Below are positions 17,364 through 26,865 of a stretch of DNA of 64,000 bases, in pieces (position 1 is the stretch's first letter; every line of letters begins with the position of its first letter). Below the pieces are notes generated by a model. That model searched no databases and was not told where the DNA came from. It saw only the letters and a program-made list of their open reading frames with translations. The DNA is from a virus. A program made the translations under genes and the position numbers. Location of the stretch: the IMG/VR virus record IMGVR_UViG_3300031519_004559; one strand, written 5' to 3'.

Positions 17364-18167
17364 TTATCTTTTGATGGCTTTGCCGCCCATTACGTTGGCC
17401 GTCATGTCTAGTGCATTTTTAGCAGTTCCGTCTGCGTTAGTAGCCTGCGGTGCTTTCGGTAAACCGTTCTTGTCTTTACCTACCTTACGTTTTGCACCAG
17501 GAACACTTGTTATAACAGAAACATCACCTGCACTTGTACCGCCTACTGTGGCAGTCTCATCTAACCCTGCTTGTGCTTTTGCAAGCATTGGCTTTAGTTT
17601 AGCTAACTCTGCTTTTACTTGAGGTACTTTAGGATGATTAGGATTGTTTCTAATTAACTCTTCATAGTCTTTAATTGCTTTTGCAACAACAGCGTATGAC
17701 CCTTTAACTCCAGTTTTTATTACATTGCCAAGATCTTCATCTTCGCTAACACCAGCGTTACCGCCAAGATCTTTTCTGTTTCGATCAAATGGAACTTGAA
17801 CGCTTTTGGGAGCCGGTTTGAAGATGCCCGTTTTTTTACCGCCACTATTATATTTCTGTATTAAGGCATTTAGAATTTTTCTATTACGGCTGAAGCTACC
17901 GTCGATAACATTTGAATTCGCAGCCCTGTTAAGACCTATCCAAGCGTAAAAGGCTTTTTTGCCATCTTCTGGTGACATTACGTTTCGTATTAAATTCTCT
18001 AATTCTTTTTTCATTGGAGGTAATGTAGATGCTTCGTTCATTTTGTTCTTTGCATGACAATCACAATGTTTACAATCAGGTCCGCACTTACATTCTGTTA
18101 CAGGCTTGCCGCAACATGCTTCTGGACACATCTCTACTTTTGCTTCTGTTATTTCAAATATTTTCAT
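17364..18167 (-). CDS. modular putative internal head polyprotein with Cys-rich module
   Basis: MKIFEITE|A leader; MNE|A, VSE|D, LDE|T. Confidence 0.6.
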   Translation of the reverse strand: MKIFEITEAKVEMCPEACCGKPVTECKCGPDCKHCDCHAKNKMNEASTLPPMKKELENLIRNVMSPEDGKKAFYAWIGLNRAANSNVIDGSFSRNRKILNALIQKYNSGGKKTGIFKPAPKSVQVPFDRNRKDLGGNAGVSEDEDLGNVIKTGVKGSYAVVAKAIKDYEELIRNNPNHPKVPQVKAELAKLKPMLAKAQAGLDETATVGGTSAGDVSVITSVPGAKRKVGKDKNGLPKAPQATNADGTAKNALDMTANVMGGKAIKR

Positions 18168-18168
18168 T

Positions 18169-19086
18169 TTATGATCTTCCCGATTTCATATTTGCGCACC
18201 AGTGCAACATTTTGGCTTTTTCGCCACTTGCATTTTTAGCACGTTTGCGCAACTGTGTTACTGTGCCATTGCAACTAGCACCTGACTTCTTTACTCTACC
18301 TGGTCTGCTTTTGCCTTTTTTCTTACCATCAGCAAAGTTTTCAGCAACCGGCTCTTGCATATGTTGTTTAATTTCTTTAGCTGTGCGTTCAAACTTATGA
18401 TCTTTGTATTTAAACCCAATGCCACCTGCTGCTTCCCATGCATTAATGTTAACACCGTAGTCGTCAATTAGTATGTTAGGAGTGCCGTCTTTTGCTGTAG
18501 CAAATTGTGGTTTATTGTGTGTAACATGTACTTCTTTAGGTGGGAAAAATGCTAGATTTTTCTCTACCCATGTTCGCTTGTGTTTTTCTGAATTAGGATC
18601 ATCAGCTAAAGGACTAGTACAAATACTATATTCGCCTTTAACTTCTTTAATTAAGTTAAGTAAATTTTTTGCTTCTGGAAGTACAGGCAATCTTAACCAA
18701 AAGTCGTCAGTGTCTCGTATCTTTTGTAGTGCATCGTTTATATCGTGTTGTTTGTTAATGTCTGTAAAATGATCTACGTCCATTAGTTTAGCCCACTCGC
18801 CAAAGAAGTCTGCAATTACTCCGTCCATGTCAACGTATATTTCTGTAGCACTAGCAATTTCGCCCATTGCTTCTGTAAATTGCTTACCTTCAGAAAGACC
18901 TAAGTTAAACAATACGTTAGTTCTCTTGCCTTTAACTTTACTACTAAGTGTAGGTGGTTTGCCGTCCTTATCAACAGTGTTGCCGAATTTAGCAGCCTGG
19001 CGTGGAATTTCACCTACACCAACATCTGGCGTAGTATTAACTCCTTTTACAATTCTTCCCCATTCTGTTAGGTCACGTATTCTCAT
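18169..19086 (-). CDS. HAD 5'(3')-deoxyribonucleotidase fused to basic modules, with capsid-targeting-like leader
   Basis: YVDMDGVIADF...ILIDD; MRIRDLTE|W, FTE|A, VAE|N. Confidence 0.8.
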   Translation of the reverse strand: MRIRDLTEWGRIVKGVNTTPDVGVGEIPRQAAKFGNTVDKDGKPPTLSSKVKGKRTNVLFNLGLSEGKQFTEAMGEIASATEIYVDMDGVIADFFGEWAKLMDVDHFTDINKQHDINDALQKIRDTDDFWLRLPVLPEAKNLLNLIKEVKGEYSICTSPLADDPNSEKHKRTWVEKNLAFFPPKEVHVTHNKPQFATAKDGTPNILIDDYGVNINAWEAAGGIGFKYKDHKFERTAKEIKQHMQEPVAENFADGKKKGKSRPGRVKKSGASCNGTVTQLRKRAKNASGEKAKMLHWCANMKSGRS

Positions 19087-19310
19087 TTTTTACGTCCTCT
19101 AAATCCTGCAGGCATATTTTGATTCATCATTTTAGGCTGACTAAACCAAAGCTCAAACCATTCCTTGTCACCCGGTTTTATGTTTTGATCCCGCATCTTT
19201 TTTGCATTTGAATTTGCAGCATCACTGATGTTCTCAAGAGTGTACTCTGTGTAACCTTTGAATTCGTTTACACCAGCAAGTTTTTTAAGCTCATCAAGAC
19301 TATCGTACAT
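19083..19310 (-). CDS. small hypothetical protein
   Basis: ELKKLAGVNE motif; IKPGDKEWFELWF. Confidence 0.65.
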   Translation of the reverse strand: MYDSLDELKKLAGVNEFKGYTEYTLENISDAANSNAKKMRDQNIKPGDKEWFELWFSQPKMMNQNMPAGFRGRKK

Positions 19311-19953
19311 TACTAGCCTGTACACCAATGGATGCTTCTGTATCACCTAATGCGCTATTAAGTAAGTCTGTTGCTGCTTGTCCGTTGCCAGGATACAGTA
19401 TTTCTGCCGCTTTCGTTTTTTTCTCCTCATCCATTTCAGGCCATGCAGCTCTTAGTTCACTAGCACTTTTAATATCCATGCCACTAAAATTAAAATCTTG
19501 TGTAGGGCCATACGTCATATAACCGTGCATATCAGCACCGTGTTCGAGGTTACCGTCGTAGCTGATAATGTAGCCCATTTGTCCATCACTTTTTCTTATT
19601 TGATCTGGCTTAGGATGACTTGCTTGATCTTTGTCGCTACGTACAAATACCAATGCTGTATTTTCAGCATCGTTTAATAAGGATTGATATGATAATGCGT
19701 TAAAAGGACTTTTAACTTGTATAAATCTTTCTTTAGGCACACCTGCCATAGAAGCTAATTGTTGTTTAATATTAAAGGGGAAAGGTCTAGACTTAGTATC
19801 GTCAGTTGCAGCTACATAAACATTGCCTTGTCCGAACGTTTTTACTGCCCAATCATATAGACTTTTGTGTCCAGGATGAAACGGATGAAAACCACCTGGC
19901 ATGACTGCCACAACTTTCTTTTTACGGTCTTCAAATAAGTCTCTTAACCTCAT
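19300..19953 (-). CDS. HxGH nucleotidyltransferase-like protein with capsid-targeting-like leader
   Basis: MRLRDLFE|D; PGGFHPFHPGH; SASELR. Confidence 0.8.
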   Translation of the reverse strand: MRLRDLFEDRKKKVVAVMPGGFHPFHPGHKSLYDWAVKTFGQGNVYVAATDDTKSRPFPFNIKQQLASMAGVPKERFIQVKSPFNALSYQSLLNDAENTALVFVRSDKDQASHPKPDQIRKSDGQMGYIISYDGNLEHGADMHGYMTYGPTQDFNFSGMDIKSASELRAAWPEMDEEKKTKAAEILYPGNGQAATDLLNSALGDTEASIGVQASNVR

Positions 19954-20282
19954 GCATAATCACCCTGTTCAATTGCTTGCATCTCTTCTTGGTATATTTT
20001 ATCATAAAGAGCCGCTCTATGTTCGTTATTATACATGTCGTCAGGGTGTTGTGTCAACCGGTATTTTGTGCAATAGTCAGTTATACCTTTTTCAATCATA
20101 GGCATAAGAGTTTTTCGTGGATCAGTATTTGTGCCTTCTCGTTGCATATCAGCAATTTTTGCCATTGTAGGGAAATATTCATTCCTATAAAAAGCAGAAT
20201 CATTACGCATATGCATACAAGTGTCGTCTACAAGATCATACGGCATTTCAGTTGTTTCTGTAATTTCTCTTACCATTACCAT
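19950..20282 (-). CDS. hypothetical protein
   Basis: MVREITE leader-like motif. Confidence 0.65.
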   Translation of the reverse strand: MVMVREITETTEMPYDLVDDTCMHMRNDSAFYRNEYFPTMAKIADMQREGTNTDPRKTLMPMIEKGITDYCTKYRLTQHPDDMYNNEHRAALYDKIYQEEMQAIEQGDYA

Positions 20283-20863
20283 TTTCTGCAACTCCAGTAA
20301 CGTGCTTTATGTCTTGGTCCAGGATTATCACAATTATGTCTTGCTCTAAAAGAACGTCTTGCTGCTGGATTGTTTTTACGAATCTTCATAGCTTTGCCTT
20401 TAACACTGCTTCCGCCGTGTCCGAAGTTTACTTTAACTACATTACCTTTTGGATTCTTAACGTATACTTTAAACTTTTTAACATCGCCTTGCATAGGCTT
20501 GCCTAGTTTAACTGTACGTCCTTGGTATTCTGCTTCGTCAATAACATCATCATCGTTATACCACATAACACCGTACTCTTCAAAAAAGTCATCGTCGTCT
20601 TCGAATGTTACTTCGTCGGTTTCTTCTAATTCGTCTGTTGATATATCAATATCAAAATCTGTATGCCCTTGCTCAAACATATAGTTTGCTAGTCGCTGTG
20701 CATATTCATTTGATTCTTCTTCGCTTAACTGACGAGAAAGTGGTATTTCGTAAACAGTTGCACCTTGCTCGGTTTCATAAATTTCTTGTTCAGCAAAAAT
20801 GCTCTCGTCTAATGAATTAGCTGTGTCTTGCTTTTCCATCGTAATTCTTACAAAATGTTCCAT
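20276..20863 (-). CDS. acidic N-terminus plus basic C-terminal domain (DUF6321-like)
   Basis: IDE|AEYQGRTVKLGKP...RRSFRARHNC...RYWSCRKW. Confidence 0.7.
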   Translation of the reverse strand: MEHFVRITMEKQDTANSLDESIFAEQEIYETEQGATVYEIPLSRQLSEEESNEYAQRLANYMFEQGHTDFDIDISTDELEETDEVTFEDDDDFFEEYGVMWYNDDDVIDEAEYQGRTVKLGKPMQGDVKKFKVYVKNPKGNVVKVNFGHGGSSVKGKAMKIRKNNPAARRSFRARHNCDNPGPRHKARYWSCRKW

Positions 20864-20871
20864 CAGTCCTC

Positions 20872-21261
20872 CTAGTGGTTTAGTGCAATCGACCCTATTG
20901 TGCCGTCGGTCCAGTTATATACTTTTGCTCTAAGCCATACGTAATTACCTGTAAAATTAAACATGTAACTACCATACGTTCCTGTATATATTTGTTGAGT
21001 ATCAGTAACAATAAACCAATCACTATCAGTCGGAGTTACAGCTAATGTCGCTTGTATCTCAATAGTGCCTACAACGGCATTATTTGCATTTCCTAATAGG
21101 TTATATTGTACTGTATGAAATCCGTCAGCACGACCGTAATAACCGTCGCCCTTTAGATTGCTTGATGTGTAAGTCGTTGCAGTACTGTCGCCTGGATGTG
21201 TCAACTGTACTGTAGTTGCTCCGCTTACTGTAAATTCAAAATTTTCGCTACTTGCTGGCAT
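20872..21261 (-). CDS. beta-rich hypothetical protein (possible virion protein)
   Basis: Composition; late-like promoter. Confidence 0.65.
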   Translation of the reverse strand: MPASSENFEFTVSGATTVQLTHPGDSTATTYTSSNLKGDGYYGRADGFHTVQYNLLGNANNAVVGTIEIQATLAVTPTDSDWFIVTDTQQIYTGTYGSYMFNFTGNYVWLRAKVYNWTDGTIGSIALNH

Positions 21262-21265
21262 ACTG

Positions 21266-21955
21266 TTATTTATCTATATCTGCATCGCAGACTAGTTTGT
21301 CGATACGTTGTATACAATTGCCTGCAATAATTTTAAATAACATTAATACTTTCTCAGTAGTCATAAAAATATAACGGCCATTCATATATTTTAAGTCTTG
21401 ATCAAGATCATCAAGTAGCATATCTGAAACTTTTACTTTGTCTCTATTTGCCTTTAACCAAGGCCCTAAAGTATCAGGCACCCAATTACTATTAAAAGTA
21501 ACTTTATATTGATATGTGTTATCCTTAACTATAATAGTGTTAGTATTATTACGAATAAACTCTATATGCTCTTTTGCAGGTCCTGCAAAAGTTTGCACAC
21601 TTCTTAATTTATTAGACAACCTACGAAGAAATGCATCGTCATTACAATAAAAATTTAAGGTATTGCTTTCGCATCGTATTAAGTAAACATCCTTATACCT
21701 AGTTAATACATTATAAATTGTTCTAGCGTCAATAAAATGTGCAATATCTATCGGTGATTGATATCTACCTTGCCACCTAGTAAGTGGCAAAATTCCATTA
21801 TCAAGATCTGTTTGTAATTGGTCCAATACCGTAGAAGCAAACATAAAGTTTTTGTTCCTAAATATTGGACCAAGTTGATTATATACCGTTAGACAATACA
21901 GATATTTATTATAGAAAAGTTTATTAGTGTCATGCTGTAATAGTTTCTTTTTCAT
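21266..21955 (-). CDS. hypothetical protein
   Basis: Long ORF in operon. Confidence 0.7.
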   Translation of the reverse strand: MKKKLLQHDTNKLFYNKYLYCLTVYNQLGPIFRNKNFMFASTVLDQLQTDLDNGILPLTRWQGRYQSPIDIAHFIDARTIYNVLTRYKDVYLIRCESNTLNFYCNDDAFLRRLSNKLRSVQTFAGPAKEHIEFIRNNTNTIIVKDNTYQYKVTFNSNWVPDTLGPWLKANRDKVKVSDMLLDDLDQDLKYMNGRYIFMTTEKVLMLFKIIAGNCIQRIDKLVCDADIDK

Positions 21956-24176
21956 TATATACTAATACCAATTCTTTTCCTTTAGTGTTCACATCTATCT
22001 TACATTTGCCACCGTCTTTTAGTGTGCCAAATAATAACTGACGTGATAGCGGTTGTTTGATCTCTTTATCAATCACACGCTGTAATGGTCTTGCACCCAT
22101 CTTTTTATTAAATCCTTTTTCTACCAAGTAATCAAGTGCTTCATCACTTATAGTAATATCAACCTGCTTGCCTTTAACCTGAGCTTTTAATTCAACTAAG
22201 AACTTACCAACAATTTTCATCATTACTTCTTTACCAAGAGTATCAAAAGTAATTATGCCGTCGAGTCTATTTCTAAATTCTGGAGCAAAGAATCTCTTTA
22301 GTTCAGTATCTTCATAATAGTTATCGCTATCATCACTAAATCCGATAGTGTTTTTCTCAGCCTGTGCAGCACCTAAGTTAGTAGTAAGAATTAGTACACA
22401 GTTACGTGCATCTGCTTCTTTACCATTAGATCCTGTCAGCTTGCCATTGTCCATTACTTGCAACAAGATTTGTGAAACATCTGGATGAGCTTTTTCGATC
22501 TCGTCAAGTAACAATACACAGTTAGGATTTTCTTGCAACTTAGTAATTAACAATCCGTTGTTTTCGTCGTAACCAACGTAACCAGGTGGTGATCCAATTA
22601 GTTTAGCAACGCTGTGCTTTTCCTGATATTCTGACATATCAAAACGTACAAGTGTTACTCCTAATTGTTTAGCAAGTGATTTTGCTGTTTCAGTTTTACC
22701 AGTGCCTGTCGGACCCATAAACACAAATGCTCCAATAGGTTTATCATCTGGTTTTAATCCTGCTTGTGCAACTAGTATCTTATCAACAATGCCTTCGACT
22801 GCTTTATCCTGGCCGTACACATCACCTTTGATGTTCTTTTCAAGGTTTTTAAGATTGTCAGTTTCTTTTTCAGCAACTTGCTCTGTAGGTAAGTTTATAA
22901 CTTTAGCAAGTTCAAACTGTATTTCCGCACCGTCAACAATTTTATCACCTGTAACTTCCTTTAAATTAAATCTCGAACATGCAAGATCAATTAAGTCAAT
23001 TGCTTTATCTGGCAATTTCTTATCACTTTGATATTTAACACTTAATTTGATTGCTTCTGCAATAGCTTCGTCGGTAATAGTAGTTTTATGAAACTCTTCG
23101 TAATACTTTTTAATACCATGTAAAATATCTTTAGTAACTTCTGGACTAGGCTCGTCAACTGTTACACGTTGGAATCGACGCATTAATGCACGATCCTTTT
23201 CAAAGAACTTGCGATACTCATCCCAAGTAGTTGATGCAACAACTTTAATGTTACCTTTAGCAAGAGCTGGTTTTAGCATGTTAGCTAAATCATTTGCACT
23301 ATTACCGCCACCACCTGATCCAGCACCACTAATCATATGTGCTTCGTCGATGAACATAATAGTTTTGCCTTTGCCTTTAAGACCTGCAAGTACTAATTTA
23401 AAGCGTTCTTCAAAGTCTCCGCGATACTTACTACCTGCAAGCATACTACCAATGTCTAACATGAATACTTTATATTCTTTTAAAAACTCTGGAACAGTTC
23501 CTTGCACAATATTCCAAGCAAGGCCTTCTGCAATAGCAGTTTTACCAACTCCTGGATCACCAACAAGTAAACAGTTATTTTTATTACGTCTGCCTAATGC
23601 AAGTGCAATAGTATCTAACTCAGCCTCGCGACCAATTACAGGATCAATCTTTTCTTTTACAACTTCTTGATTTAAGTCAGTTGTAAACTGTCTCAATGCA
23701 CGTTGTGCTTCGCCTGACATTTCCTCGTCTTCGATACTTGTTTCTAATTCTGCATTAATGTATTCTGCAAATGTATCTTTTTTAAGACCGCTTTGCTCTA
23801 AAAAGTAATTACTAATAGATTTCTTTTCAGACATAATACTTAACATAACATCTACTAGTTCAATAGTATTACGTCCAGCAAATAGTACTTGTGTAAATGC
23901 TCTATTTAAAACTCTTTCAACGGCTTGCGTTTTTTTAGGTTTGTATTTTGCTAACTCAATTTTTAATTCGTCGCACTTCTCTTTTAGATGATGCTCTAGG
24001 TGAGATTTAATATAATCTACATCAGCACCATACTCTTTTATAACATCATAAAACGGATCACTGCACAGCATACTAAACAATAAATGTTCAATAGTGACAT
24101 ACTCATGTCTTAGTTTCTTTGCATCTGTAATCGACTTATCAAATACTAACTGTAACTCTTGACTCGGTTCAACCAT
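21930..24176 (-). CDS. clpA: ATP-dependent Clp protease ATP-binding subunit
   Basis: Clp-N domain, two AAA+ modules (GDPGVGKT, GPTGTGKT), IGF loop, no ClpB middle domain. Confidence 0.92.
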   Translation of the reverse strand: MVEPSQELQLVFDKSITDAKKLRHEYVTIEHLLFSMLCSDPFYDVIKEYGADVDYIKSHLEHHLKEKCDELKIELAKYKPKKTQAVERVLNRAFTQVLFAGRNTIELVDVMLSIMSEKKSISNYFLEQSGLKKDTFAEYINAELETSIEDEEMSGEAQRALRQFTTDLNQEVVKEKIDPVIGREAELDTIALALGRRNKNNCLLVGDPGVGKTAIAEGLAWNIVQGTVPEFLKEYKVFMLDIGSMLAGSKYRGDFEERFKLVLAGLKGKGKTIMFIDEAHMISGAGSGGGGNSANDLANMLKPALAKGNIKVVASTTWDEYRKFFEKDRALMRRFQRVTVDEPSPEVTKDILHGIKKYYEEFHKTTITDEAIAEAIKLSVKYQSDKKLPDKAIDLIDLACSRFNLKEVTGDKIVDGAEIQFELAKVINLPTEQVAEKETDNLKNLEKNIKGDVYGQDKAVEGIVDKILVAQAGLKPDDKPIGAFVFMGPTGTGKTETAKSLAKQLGVTLVRFDMSEYQEKHSVAKLIGSPPGYVGYDENNGLLITKLQENPNCVLLLDEIEKAHPDVSQILLQVMDNGKLTGSNGKEADARNCVLILTTNLGAAQAEKNTIGFSDDSDNYYEDTELKRFFAPEFRNRLDGIITFDTLGKEVMMKIVGKFLVELKAQVKGKQVDITISDEALDYLVEKGFNKKMGARPLQRVIDKEIKQPLSRQLLFGTLKDGGKCKIDVNTKGKELVLVYNEKETITA

Positions 24177-24678
24177 TGATATACCTTTTTTCTCTTTTAA
24201 TTTTCTTTTTCATTGCCATTCCTAATTTTAGTTTAGAAACACGATCGGTAAATTCTATACCTTGCAAGTGATCGTATTCGTGTAAGAATACTCTTGCATC
24301 ATACCCTTCAAGTACTATTATACACTCTTTTGCGTCTGCGTCAAGAAACTGTGTTACCAATTTAATTGGTCTTTTGACATTTAATATTAAATTAGGATAA
24401 CTTAGGCATCCTTCATACTTTGAATCTGTTTCTTCTGATATCTTTTGTATCACTGGATTAATAACTGCAAATGCTTCTTTTAGTTCGCTATGCTGTGTTG
24501 GTCGCATTACAAAAATTTGTGCATCTAATCCAACTTGGTTAGCACTAATGCCTATACCTTTATGTAGGTCCATTAGGTCAACCATCTCCTGAGCTGTTTG
24601 AATAGCGTCAGTTGTATCAAAGTCAAACGGCTTAACTTGTTTTGTAAGCCAACTACTGGGTGCGTAAATTAATTCCAT
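24169..24678 (-). CDS. def: peptide deformylase
   Basis: GIGISANQVG, EGCLS, HEYDHLQG. Confidence 0.95.
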   Translation of the reverse strand: MELIYAPSSWLTKQVKPFDFDTTDAIQTAQEMVDLMDLHKGIGISANQVGLDAQIFVMRPTQHSELKEAFAVINPVIQKISEETDSKYEGCLSYPNLILNVKRPIKLVTQFLDADAKECIIVLEGYDARVFLHEYDHLQGIEFTDRVSKLKLGMAMKKKIKREKRYING

Positions 24679-25474
24679 TTTTAATCTCTTCTATCCTTCT
24701 TAATTCGTCATTAGTTAATTTAGGGGTTACTGCTTTAATCTTAACATATAAATTCCCTCTGTTGTTATAGGTATTTACTCGTGGCAGACCGTGTCCGGTT
24801 ATATTCATGGTAACATCATTATTTGTGCCTGGAGGAACAGTAAGAGCAAGTTGTTTATTTTCAGGTGTGTGTATCGTTACTGATTTACCTAAAATCAAAT
24901 CAAATATATCAACAATTACTTCAGTATACAAATGTTCACCGTCTCGCTTCCACTTATGAGGAGTTGGTATAGCTAGTTGTACTTGTAATGTTCCTCTAGG
25001 TATTCCGGGTATACTATCATCGCCGTAGTTTGGAAACTGTACAGTGTCACCGTGTTTCATGCCAGGTGGAATTTTTACATCTATTACTTCGCCACGACCA
25101 TTAGGTAAGTTATATGTAATTGTTGCAGCACATCCTGTGTACACTTCAGCAAATGACATTCTATATCCAATACGCATGTCTTTGTTGCGCATCGGTTGCC
25201 CAGGGCGCATGAAACCAAAGTTAGCAAATATATCGTCAAAAGAATGACCACCTTGCATGTTACCTGTATTAGCATGATATTGTCGTTGGGGGTTATCATA
25301 CGCCGCACGTTTTTGTGGGTCTTTTAATATACCATACGCTTCGCTAACTTTTTTAAATTGTTCAGCATCACCGCCCCTGTCGGGATGGTGTTTCATACTT
25401 GCTTGCTTGTATGCTTTTTTTAAATCTGATTCAGAAGCGTTTCTAGGAACACCTAGTATAGAATAATAGTCCAT
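24653..25474 (-). CDS. DnaJ-class (type II/CbpA-like) co-chaperone
   Basis: J domain with HPD, DnaJ C-terminal domain, no Zn finger. Confidence 0.9.
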   Translation of the reverse strand: MDYYSILGVPRNASESDLKKAYKQASMKHHPDRGGDAEQFKKVSEAYGILKDPQKRAAYDNPQRQYHANTGNMQGGHSFDDIFANFGFMRPGQPMRNKDMRIGYRMSFAEVYTGCAATITYNLPNGRGEVIDVKIPPGMKHGDTVQFPNYGDDSIPGIPRGTLQVQLAIPTPHKWKRDGEHLYTEVIVDIFDLILGKSVTIHTPENKQLALTVPPGTNNDVTMNITGHGLPRVNTYNNRGNLYVKIKAVTPKLTNDELRRIEEIKNGINLRTQ

Positions 25475-25499
25475 ACAATTACTTATCGCATGGACTATT
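25465..25499 (-). promoter_or_regulatory. 10-bp hairpin covering the dnaJ start codon, with TAAGTA promoter-like motif in the loop
   Basis: AATAGTCCAT-gcgaTAAGTAattgt-ATGGACTATT. Confidence 0.6.
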
Positions 25500-25518
25500 T
25501 AGGTTTTGTATTAATGAT

Positions 25519-25854
25519 TTACTTTTTAGATATTGCTTCTTTAGCATAGAACGCTGCTACAATTGCTGCAACTGATACAAAGTAAGTAGGAGCCATTGAT
25601 CCTAGTACTGTCGATGCTTGATCTAAGCCTGCAAATACTGATGCTACAACTGCGAACGGATATAGTAGCATACCAAATAGTGCAAACCAAGCCATGTTAC
25701 GTTGTGCATCACGCATTAGGTCTTCGTCTTCTAAACGCTTGCGTTTGAACTCAAGGTCCATTGCCATTTCTTCTGCAGAGATGTGTCCATCTCCGTTTGC
25801 GTCCATTGCTGCTGCAACTGATTCGTCAACTGTTACTGTTTTCTTTTCTGCCAT
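25519..25854 (-). CDS. membrane protein with EF-hand-like loop (holin candidate)
   Basis: DANGDGHISAEE plus two TM segments. Confidence 0.55.
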   Translation of the reverse strand: MAEKKTVTVDESVAAAMDANGDGHISAEEMAMDLEFKRKRLEDEDLMRDAQRNMAWFALFGMLLYPFAVVASVFAGLDQASTVLGSMAPTYFVSVAAIVAAFYAKEAISKK

Positions 25855-25855
25855 T

Positions 25856-26134
25856 TTATTTTCCCTCTAGTTTAGCAATACGAGCTTCTAGCTCGTCGAT
25901 CTTCTTAGTTACATGAGGGTATTTTTTACGCCAAGCGTCCGTAGGCTGCTCAAACCAAGTCAATCCCCATCTTACAACTAAGAAGTCTAAGAATTGATCT
26001 AGTTTAGCATAGCACCAGAGTCCTGCTTTTGTATCTTTAAAATAAGCTAGAAAGGCAGCACCTGCTAGTGCGCCAAGTATACTTGTGTATATCCACAAAG
26101 TATCGCCCGTAAGTCGTTCAATTAAATCCCACAT
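25856..26134 (-). CDS. small membrane protein
   Basis: N-terminal TM, C-terminal coiled coil. Confidence 0.65.
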   Translation of the reverse strand: MWDLIERLTGDTLWIYTSILGALAGAAFLAYFKDTKAGLWCYAKLDQFLDFLVVRWGLTWFEQPTDAWRKKYPHVTKKIDELEARIAKLEGK

Positions 26135-26172
26135 AATAAGCCCTTTTGTTTACTATATGTATTTATTATTAT

Positions 26173-26499
26173 TTACTTTTTAAGAGTGAATGATTCACCA
26201 CAGCCGCAGGTAGCGTCTTCCCAGGGATTTTTGAATTGGAATCCTTCGTTGAGTCCTTCTTTGACATAATCTAGATGAGTTCCATCTATCATCACTAGTG
26301 ACTTGTTATCAACAATAATCTTTATGCCGTTTGAGTCAAACATAGTGTCATCGTCATTAACATCGTCAACAAACTCTAACACATACGCATACCCTGAGCA
26401 ACCAGTAGTTCTTACCTTAACTCTAAGTCCTAGACCTTTGCCGCGATTTTCTAAAAAGCCAGTTACACGTTCTGCACCAACATCAGTAATTGTTATCAC
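26173..26499 (-). CDS. iscA: Fe-S cluster A-type carrier
   Basis: [16 protein letters not shown]. Confidence 0.93.
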   Translation of the reverse strand: MITITDVGAERVTGFLENRGKGLGLRVKVRTTGCSGYAYVLEFVDDVNDDDTMFDSNGIKIIVDNKSLVMIDGTHLDYVKEGLNEGFQFKNPWEDATCGCGESFTLKK

Positions 26500-26864
26500 T
26501 TAGATTTGTAATCTGCAATAGCGGCTTTGATAGCATCTTCTGCTAGTACTGAACAATGTATCTTTACTGGGGGTAGAGCAAGTTCAGTTGCAAGGTCTGT
26601 GTTCTTTATCTCACTTGCGCCTTCTAATGTCATTCCTTTAACCCATTCAGTAAGTAAGCTACTACTTGCAATAGCACTACCACAACCGTATGTTTTAAAC
26701 TTAGCATCAGTGATTATGTTATCTTCTACTTTAATTTGTAAGCGCATAACATCGCCACAGGCAGGAGCTCCTACCATTCCAGTTCCAATGCTGTCATCTA
26801 TTTCCCACTTACCAACATTACGAGGGTTTTCGTAATGGTCCATCACCTTATCTGAATATGCCAT
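26496..26864 (-). CDS. iscU: Fe-S cluster scaffold
   Basis: [39 protein letters not shown]. Confidence 0.96.
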   Translation of the reverse strand: MAYSDKVMDHYENPRNVGKWEIDDSIGTGMVGAPACGDVMRLQIKVEDNIITDAKFKTYGCGSAIASSSLLTEWVKGMTLEGASEIKNTDLATELALPPVKIHCSVLAEDAIKAAIADYKSK

Positions 26865-26865
26865 A

